This document shows positions 54,791 through 64,000 of a stretch of 64,000 nt of DNA, one piece after another. The DNA is taken from assembly GCF_009914755.1 (NCBI RefSeq), contig NC_060945.1, one strand, 5' to 3'. Position numbers and translations under genes: made by a program. The DNA is from the human T2T-CHM13v2.0 reference genome, Homo sapiens. The notes under the pieces are model-generated. The model was not told the origin of the DNA and did not search any database. It saw only the letters and a list, made by a program, of their open reading frames with translations. Each line of letters opens with the position of its first letter. The stretch's first letter is position 1.

Positions 54791-55535
54791 TGGCTATATG
54801 TTCCTGGCTATATGTTCCACTGTGGGCCCAAACTACTATATTCCAGATGGACTTTTCCATTTTTTTTTTTAATTTATTGAATAGATAGATTTAGAGGGAC
54901 TCCTGTATGTCATTTTCTCTTGCTATCCCCAACTCTCAGTCCTGTCCCTCTTTAAATCAATGCAGTGAAGATTCCATACATTTTTTGATATATAAATGAA
55001 CCTTTGTCCAGTTTCCAGTAGAAATACAAATCTCCCACTACTTTTACGGTTGTTTATGTATTTCACTGGGAATTTTAAATGGAGGAATAATTAAATAAAT
55101 AAATTTCTATCCGCATCTTTTGTAAAAAGTTACCAATAATTATGCTTGGGGATATTGGATTCAGTATACATATATTAAGTAGCATGCACTTGTGGAAAGT
55201 GAGAAATGGGACTTGGAAGAAAAGATGTATTTGCATCTGCTCTATGACACCTTTTCAGTACTTTCATCTCTAAGTTCCCATGGCCCTTATTAGCTGTTTT
55301 TACACTTACAGCAAAACAGAGTATGTGTGTAGATTTACAGATAGATAGTAATCACCTTGAGAAATAAAACTGTGTCCTTTTTTAATTGTCCTGATTCATT
55401 TGTGTACTTTGTATTGATAACATTTAGATGGTGTAGCATTATGGGGACAACACCAAATTGAGGAGAGCCTTAATATATCTAGAAGATATATATATATATA
55501 TATTTTTTTTTGGTAATCAACAAGTTATTGAGGGT

Positions 55536-55914
55536 TCTTTTTTTTTCTTCAACTTTTATTTTAAGTCCCAGGGTGCATGTGCAGGATATGCAGGTTTGTT
55601 ACATAGGTAAACATGTACCATGATGGTTTGCTGCACAGATCAACCCATTACCTAGGTATTAAGCCCAGTGTCCTTTAGCTGTTCTTCCTGAGGCTCTCCC
55701 TCCCTCTGCCCCCACTCCCCTGACAGGTCCCAGTGTGTGTTGTTCCCCCATGTGTCCATGTGTTCTCATTGTTCAGCTCCCACTTACAAGTGAAAACGTG
55801 GTGTTTGGTTTTCTGTTCCTGTGTTAGTTTGCTAAGAATAATGGCTTCCAGTTCCATCCATGTCCCTGCAAAGGACATGATCTCTTTCCTTTTTATGGCT
55901 GCATAGTATGCCAT
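55536..55914 (-). mobile_element. L1PA (about L1PA8) 3' end
   Basis: ORF 55675..55914 YYAAIKRKEIMSFAGTWMELEAIILSKL. Confidence 0.9.
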
Positions 55915-56167
55915 AAATTCTTATTGTTTGGAAACCCAAATGTTACTCTCTACCAATAAACATTATTCCAAAAGTATATACTTTAATCACTAATTATATT
56001 TCCTCACCTAAAAATCATGTCTCTTCATTTTATAATACCCCAATACATAAATAACCTTGTACACTTTCCTAATTATATTAAACATTGATATTAAAAGTTA
56101 CCATTGCTTAACTATAAAGATGCCCCATAATCACAGAACTCTAAAATATTTGCTTCTCTCTTTATAG

Positions 56168-56411
56168 GCCTTACTTTTATCAAATGTTTCTCGACAAAAG
56201 TTTTCCACTGGGGAAATTATTAACTTGATGTCAGCAACTCATGGACTTGACAGCAAACCTCAATCTCCTCTGGTCTGCCCCTTTTCAAATCCTAATGGCC
56301 GTATATCTCCTTTGGCAAGAGCTGGGTCCAGCAGTGTTAGCAGGGGTGGCAGTCCTTGTGTTTGTTATACCAATAAATGCTTTAGCTGCAACTAAAATAA
56401 AAAAGTTAAAG
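56168..56411 (+). CDS. ABCC13: ABCC13 exon 6 (244 nt) carrying the frameshift; shifted ORF stops at TAA 56393-56395
   Basis: Acceptor ctctctttatag|, donor AAG|GTAAGA. The 5' part reads ALLLSNVSRQKFSTGEIINLMSA. The homologous LMDLTANLNLLWSAPFQI...KIKKLK continues in another frame (ORF 56241..56423). 244+11 = 255. Confidence 0.95.
56372..56401 (+). terminator. Candidate polyadenylation hexamers AATAAA (56372-56377 and 56396-56401) flanking the premature stop
   Basis: Seen directly; their use is inferred. Confidence 0.45.
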
Positions 56412-57818
56412 GTAAGAAAATGACTGCCTCATGTTACATGTGTCAAACAGGAGCTGAGTTTTCTGACTTGAGTTAACAATCACCATCTCGCTAATTATAT
56501 AGAGAGAGTTACAAATGGAAGTCATCGAATTTTATCATTTACTTATTCACTCAACCAGTATTGAACAAGCATGTATCTTATGTCAGCCAGTGTTTCAGGC
56601 ACAGGAAGTACAGCAGTGAGGGGAAATGACAAGTCCAGCTCTCATGAGGGGTAGTGGAGGAGACAGGCATTAAGCAAGTACATAAATAGAGAGAAAACAT
56701 TTGTATATGAAAAAGATTTAGTAAAATACAGTGATGAAGAGACAAAGGATGCCATTTTACATTTAGGATCAGGAAAGTCCTCAGAAAGGGAATGGTATAT
56801 CAACAGGGTGAAGGAGTAATTCAAGTGGACATCTGAGGGAAAGACACACCAAGCAAAGGGAAGAGTATGCATGCAGCCTGGAGGTAGGGGTATGCTTGGT
56901 TGTTTGAAAAGTGAAGTACTGCAGCAAGCAGACAGGAAATGCTTCACTAAATTAATGTTGATATTCTTCCTTTATATTCAGTCATTCATCTTACCATCAA
57001 TATATGTTTTGACATCCCGCCATGTGTTAGACAGTGTGCACTATGCTATACTCTAAGAAATGGAGAAACCACAGAGTTCACTGCATTGAAGGAAATCACA
57101 CTGCAATGAGATAGATGCTTTCATATGTTAAATTAACAGAGGTGGATGTATTGCTTATGAAAACATTTTATAATTTTAAATGGATCAAAGATTAACAATA
57201 TATATTGACATGGAAACATGTCAATCATATTTTAAAGCAAAAAGGAGATTAAATATATGCATGTATATCATACATATGTGTAGCTATATCATTGATCCAT
57301 TATTAAAATGTGAATATACCTATACACATGTGTGTAATGGAGAGGTAAATAGATGAAGATACATAGCTATAAATATATTTGCATAAGCATAGAAGTAATC
57401 TAGAGATAAAGCATCAGTCTTTAAAGAATAGTTACCTGTAAAGTAGAATTAGACAGAAGGAGGATAGATTTTTACTTCTGACTTTAATACCCCAAGTGAC
57501 TAAAAATTGTATAGTATTTTATATTTTTCTTAATTTTTCAAATAAAAGATGACTGGTTTTTAAACATAAAAACTAGAAAATAGCATATATTTATGAAGTA
57601 AAGGTACTTAGCATGCTAGTGTTTAGAATAACAGATTTGTTTATAACAAATATTTTTAACTAGTTTTAAAAAATATATTCTGGATTTTAAAAACTGCTAT
57701 TTAAAGGCACATTATTAAGAATGGAAAAATATTTTTTGAACCTTAATCTAGAGTCCTATAACCTTCAAAGATATTTCAATATTATATCCAAATATACTAA
57801 ATAAAAAATATGACTTTA

Positions 57819-58133
<315 letters not shown>

Positions 58134-58804
58134 GAAAATATGCCTTTAAATCACACACATAATACTAGTGGTATTAAATTGCACACAGAATATGACGGAT
58201 TAGCTTGTAATGCATTCTTCATAAGATATACAAATACTTATGACATATAAAGTGCCAATTTAGTGGAGAAAACACTTAAGAAATGATACCCAAACAAGTA
58301 TAAAATATTATGATAATTGTTAAATATTTGAATAAAAATACAATTGCATAACATTTATAAAAAGAAGAGGAAGGGTATTTGAAAATATACATTTTAATTA
58401 TTCTAATTCCCAAAGAACAAATAAAATTTATAGAGAGCCTTATTTTTATTCTTGTGACACTTCTAAGTATGTACATAAACAGTTAATGGAGTTTTTAGAA
58501 ATGTGTTCTATTTTAGTAGGATGTGGGTGTTATTTTATTATTCATTTTAAACAAATTAGGTTTAAATAAATATATTTTCTACTATTCTACTGTTCGCCTG
58601 TTGGCTATGCTCAAGTTACCTATTTATAACTATCTTCCAACATTGTCAGTAGAATAATGTATAAATATTGTAAGATGCTTTTCTCCATTAAATCTTAAGT
58701 AAAAATAGAGAAAATAGACCATATTTTTAAAATAGCTGTGGACATATCAGTAAAAGTATTACCGATTTTGTCAAATATTCTTTTATCTCCTTTCCATTAA
58801 ATAG

Positions 58805-58870
58805 AAAAGCCAAAGAAAGAACAAAGATAAACAGATAAAACTACTCAAAGAAATCCTACATGGAATTAAG
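58805..58870 (+). pseudogene. ABCC13: ABCC13 exon 7 (66 nt), KSQRKNKDKQIKLLKEILHGIK
   Basis: Acceptor ctcctttccattaaatag|, donor AAG|GTAGTA; KD.RIK...EIL.GIK family motif; not in the ORF track because it is too short. Confidence 0.9.
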
Positions 58871-59577
58871 GTAGTATGAAAGGGATATGCCTTGGATCTA
58901 TTTTGAGTATAGTAATACAAATGAAGTTTGTAGTGTTCTCAATATCTCAGAGTGATGATAGATAATAATTGTTGGCAGAAAATTTCAGATTTCAGATATT
59001 GTAGGAATTCTTATCACTAAAATAACATTTAAATGCAAAGCCAAATAAAATGCAGCCATTTCTTTTTGTTTCTCACACAAGTAAACACAAATATCCTAAA
59101 AGTCACAACATATTACTTATTTTAAGGTATTATGTTGAAAAGATGCGATGAAGCAGGCAAGAGTGGTAATAATACATCCATCAGTGTAAAGGCAGATTTA
59201 TATAGTGGAAGTGATGAGGTGTCATTTAGGTTATTTTATGTGGGATACAAATGATCACATAAATGCTATTCTATAAATAGTATGTTGCAAATTATTTTTC
59301 TCTAGAAAAGCTGGGATAGTTTAAAAGTGAGAGCAGTCAGTATCCTTGGGGTCTGATAACAGGTGTTATAAAGCCTCTCTCTGACAATACTGATAATTGC
59401 TACCATTTATTAAATATTTTCTATGCATCAAATGCTGTGCTTATTACTTTATATGTGTTTCCTCATGGAATTCTTATAAACCTCAAGAAGAAGATTTCGC
59501 ATTTCCATTTTATTAACTAGGAAACAAAGACACTGAGCAGTTAAGGGTCAGGTCTGAATTTACAGAACCAGTGAGAG

Positions 59578-60372
<795 letters not shown>

Positions 60373-60852
60373 TCAATTCACTCTAAAGTGTTTGCAATAA
60401 GCCAGTGTAAGATCCTATTTCCCCAAATTTTCTGTCTCAGAAAATAGTTTACAATCTTAAAACACTAATCAGCTTCAGAGAATGGCTTGAAGTACCAAAA
60501 CATCTGTCGTAAAGAAACTAGAAAGGCAGGGAGAAGAGTTTAGCTATAAAGAAAAAGGTAATAGGTAGAAGTGAGAGTTGGTCAGCAGGAAGAGTGACAG
60601 AACTGAGCTAGACGGAAACTGTCTATGGAGTTCTATGGAGTTCGTGCCTTACAGCTGGGATGTTGCCAGAGTCTGGCTCAGAAATAAGCTATTGGAGGTG
60701 GTGGAGACATAAGACTGGGGAATGGTCATTCCCTCCTTCTGCTCCGCTCCCACCCCCAAAATACCGCAATTTAAGAAAATATTCTGATTCAGTCAAAGTG
60801 GAAGCAATTTAGTTTTCTTTATGGTTGTACCATCATTTTTTATCTTCACGAT

Positions 60853-60876
60853 TGTGTGTGTGTGTGTGTGTGTGTG
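60853..60876 (+). repeat. (TG)12 upstream of the exon 8 acceptor
   Basis: Seen directly. Confidence 0.96.
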
Positions 60877-60952
60877 TTGTTTGTTTGTATGTGTGAGTTT
60901 TTTTCTTCTATGATATAGATTGGCAGATCATTATCGTGTGACTCATTTACAG

Positions 60953-61090
60953 ATCCTCAAACTTTATGCATGGGAACCCTCCTATAAAAATAAGATTATC
61001 AAAATTCGAGATCAGGAATTGGAATTTCAAAAATCAGCTAGGTATCTTACTGTATTTTCCATGTTGACATTAACCTGCATTCCATTCTTG
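60953..61090 (+). pseudogene. ABCC13: ABCC13 exon 8 (138 nt), ILKLYAWEPSYK...TCIPFL
   Basis: Acceptor catttacag|, donor TTG|GTGAGT; KLYAWE motif; lies inside ORF 60920..61132. Confidence 0.93.
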
Positions 61091-62425
61091 GTGAGTGTAT
61101 GTCATATTTCCTGTTTTGATTTTCAAATCTGATTTACAGATTTACCTCCAAATTACTTGGAATTAAGATGTATAAAGTTAAATATTATGTATCTGAATTA
61201 AAATTGTAAAGAAATACATTCATTAACTTATGTGGATTAGAGAACAAAAGTTACAAAGAAAGGGAAAATACTGTATGTGTTTTCATTGGTCTGTATTTTT
61301 TAAACACAATAAGATTTACTTCTCTGTAAATTTCTCAGAGATTTTTCATATATGCCTATATCTCTTAAAAATATAATCTACATTTCAGAGTTTCATTCCA
61401 GTTTTAAAGCTTGATATGTATGACTGATTCCTTTTAAGCAGACTCAAAGGGCCTATTATATGGAGATGAGAAGAGAAGCAACATTTATTGAGTTGTTACT
61501 GAATGTCAGGGAAGTTACATACATTGCCTTATTTCAATCTCACAATAATAAGGCATTATTTTTCTCATTTCACAAGATGAAATGGAAGTCCAGAGTAGTT
61601 GGAAACATCCTCAAAGTTATAAAATTGGTATTTAGAGGCAAATTGACATGAAGTGACATTATTCTCTTTCTATTACACCATAAACATTGGGAATCCCATG
61701 CTATTTTAACTAGAATATAAATTGCCTTGGGATATGAAGCCATGGGCAAAAGCCAAAGGAAAAGCAAGCCACATATAACCGGAGCATCAGTTTTAATCAA
61801 AGTTGCCACTCTATGTTGATAATTAATTTTTTTGTATTTCAACAAACGTGAGTATTATGGAAGTGAATGCAATATTTACATTTGGAATACATTGGTAAGA
61901 CCATCCAAGATGTATTTGCTTAAGCCAGTACTATATACATGATAGTAAGTCCATTCTCATGCATGAATGAATTTTTCCTGCCTTTTCTAGATGAAACTTA
62001 TAAGAACGAATATAAATCTTAGCCATGATTTATTCATATCTTCCTCAGTTAATCTTATGACACAAAGAAAGAATAATTATTATATATAAGTCAGAATGTA
62101 TGCAACTGGAATATAAGTTTACATAAAACTTCTGAATTTAAAGAAATGATGAACTGGTTTACAATGTAAATGGGAATAATAACTGTGGTAAGAATATAAC
62201 ATGTCTTACAAGAAAAGCGCTGGACCACATGGTCTCAAGGATGTCATTGTCCGAGATACATGAGTTTATGACCCTTACTAAAATATATTTTATGTTCTTC
62301 AGCAAGAGTACTAAATTTCAGGAAACAAACACAATTATTTAGATTTTATTTTCTAATTTTGGGGACTGTAACTAATAATGTTATCAGTAGAAATTTGAAG
62401 AAAATAACACATCTCTATTTTTTAG

Positions 62426-62572
62426 GTGTCCCTGGCAACCTTGTGTGTCTATTTCTTACTGGATGAAGGAAACATTTTAACAGCCACTAAAGTGTTCACA
62501 TCGATGTCTTTGTTTAATATTTTAAGGATTCCTCTGTTTGAGTTACCAACCGTGATCTCAGCTGTGGTCCAG
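62426..62572 (+). pseudogene. ABCC13: ABCC13 exon 9 (147 nt), VSLATLCVYFLLDEGNILTATKVFTSMSLFNILRIPL...AVVQ, end of TMD1
   Basis: Acceptor ctattttttag|, donor CAG|GTACAT; F.S..LFNILR.PL motif. Confidence 0.93.
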
Positions 62573-64000
62573 GTACATACAGAATACCTTAAACTAGGAA
62601 TTATTCCTTTACTGGAGTCTATGGTTTGTGACATTTTATTTCTTTGTCTTTTTAATTTTATTTTATTTCACTTTATGTAGTTGTTTAACACTGCATTCAA
62701 AATTAGTTTTCCTGAATTAAGGAATAATAGAGAACATTATAGAATAAAAAGAATCATGTCTTCCTTGCTTGTGCTTTTTTTCCATCAAAGTGACTTTTAA
62801 ATATTTCAATATGTTATTTTGTTTTCTTGTTAAGTGTTAGATTCTCTACTTAGCATTTTTAAAGCTGGTGTTAGCCACTGTGCCATTACAGGATTCATTT
62901 CCTGTTTCCAACGGAAAAGTTATAATTAGGTGCTTTGTATGAAACTAGATCGAATGTTTTCCCAGGGTTCAGCAGCATTTCATCTATACTGAATGAATAA
63001 GCAGGGAGACAAGCACATTGATAATATCAGTCAGCCAACAAGCCAAGTGTGAGATGTCTGGGTCAGCCTGCTTTTAGTTGTAATCTCCAGTTCCTGGAGG
63101 CTGTTTAGATGCTAGATACAATGAGTAGATGGTTGCTAAAGCCACAGGAAACCCAGAAAAGTTCCTTGATCCTTTTGCCCTGAGATTTATGGTTACATTT
63201 TTTGGATGTCAGGTTTGGCCATCCTCCATTCAATTATTTTCCTCAAGTCTGGATTCATAAACAAAGTGAATATTTGCTTATTGGAATCATCCTTTAATCT
63301 AAGAACTTTACTCTTTAAAAAAATATTATTTGAATAAGGAGTAACATAATTGAATAGTAAAAACCAATTAAGCTATTTTTGTTACATCTTTTTCATGTTA
63401 TTTTTCTTAAAATAACCAACAGAGGGCATAGAAGAACCGCTGATGTGATGCTTTTAGCATTTGATTTCATAGCACGCTTCTCATAAAGAAAATGTCAGTT
63501 CTTAGAGTAACAGTTTGGTTCTAGTTTTGAAATTAGAATCTAGCTAAAGGTCCGATATCAAAGCCTTTTCCAATTGCTAGCAGTACTCTGCTACCTTCAT
63601 TTAAGGAGACCATTTTTCCAAAATGGAAAAAAAAGAAAAAGCTAACTGTATGTTCTGATTTGACACACTTGGTAAACAAAACTACAGCCCAATTACATCT
63701 TATGTGTTAACGATACAAGTCCCCTAGCACAAAGTAAATAAAAATGTACTAGAAATTGTATGTAAGTCAGTTTTCAGAAAACAATGTAATTTTATTTATC
63801 CTAATGTAGCCAAACATTTTATAGCTATTTTACTATATTACTATTTCCTATTTCACTATAATTGAATGTTATTATTATCAACATTATAGTTTTGTTTATC
63901 ATCAGTAGCAGAATTCACTCACCGATCTTAAAGTTGCTTTTAAAGCCTTATTTTTCTGTATTACAAGAAAATATCACCCTACACCTGTTAGGATGGCTAT

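Overview
Human (or African great ape) genomic DNA, AT-rich and dense in Alu, L1, L2 and LTR repeats. The only gene is the 5' half of ABCC13, the transcribed MRP/ABCC2-like pseudogene of chromosome 21q11.2, on the + strand. A CpG-rich promoter (about 30.5-31.05 kb) precedes nine GT-AG exons that I reconstructed by hand: 30819-30884, 36325-36386, 44280-44427, 45134-45276, 48300-48477, 56168-56411, 58805-58870, 60953-61090 and 62426-62572. Exons 1-6 give a 274-aa ORF (L0/lasso plus the start of TMD1) that shifts frame at about 56236 because of an 11-bp deletion and stops at 56393-56395. Exons 7-9 are still open in the ancestral frame, and the gene continues past the window. The first 30 kb hold repeats and two CTCF-like motifs. 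I see no new protein-coding system. The most notable details are: the disabling deletion appears to have collapsed a CAGCA microhomology; skipping exon 6 restores the frame exactly; a 211-bp inverted templated duplication sits inside a MER11 LTR; the promoter carries a 63-bp tandem duplication; there is a TDP-43-type cryptic donor in intron 4; and candidate divergent antisense exons lie upstream of the promoter. Repeat subfamily names come from recalled consensus sequences and need RepeatMasker/Dfam confirmation.
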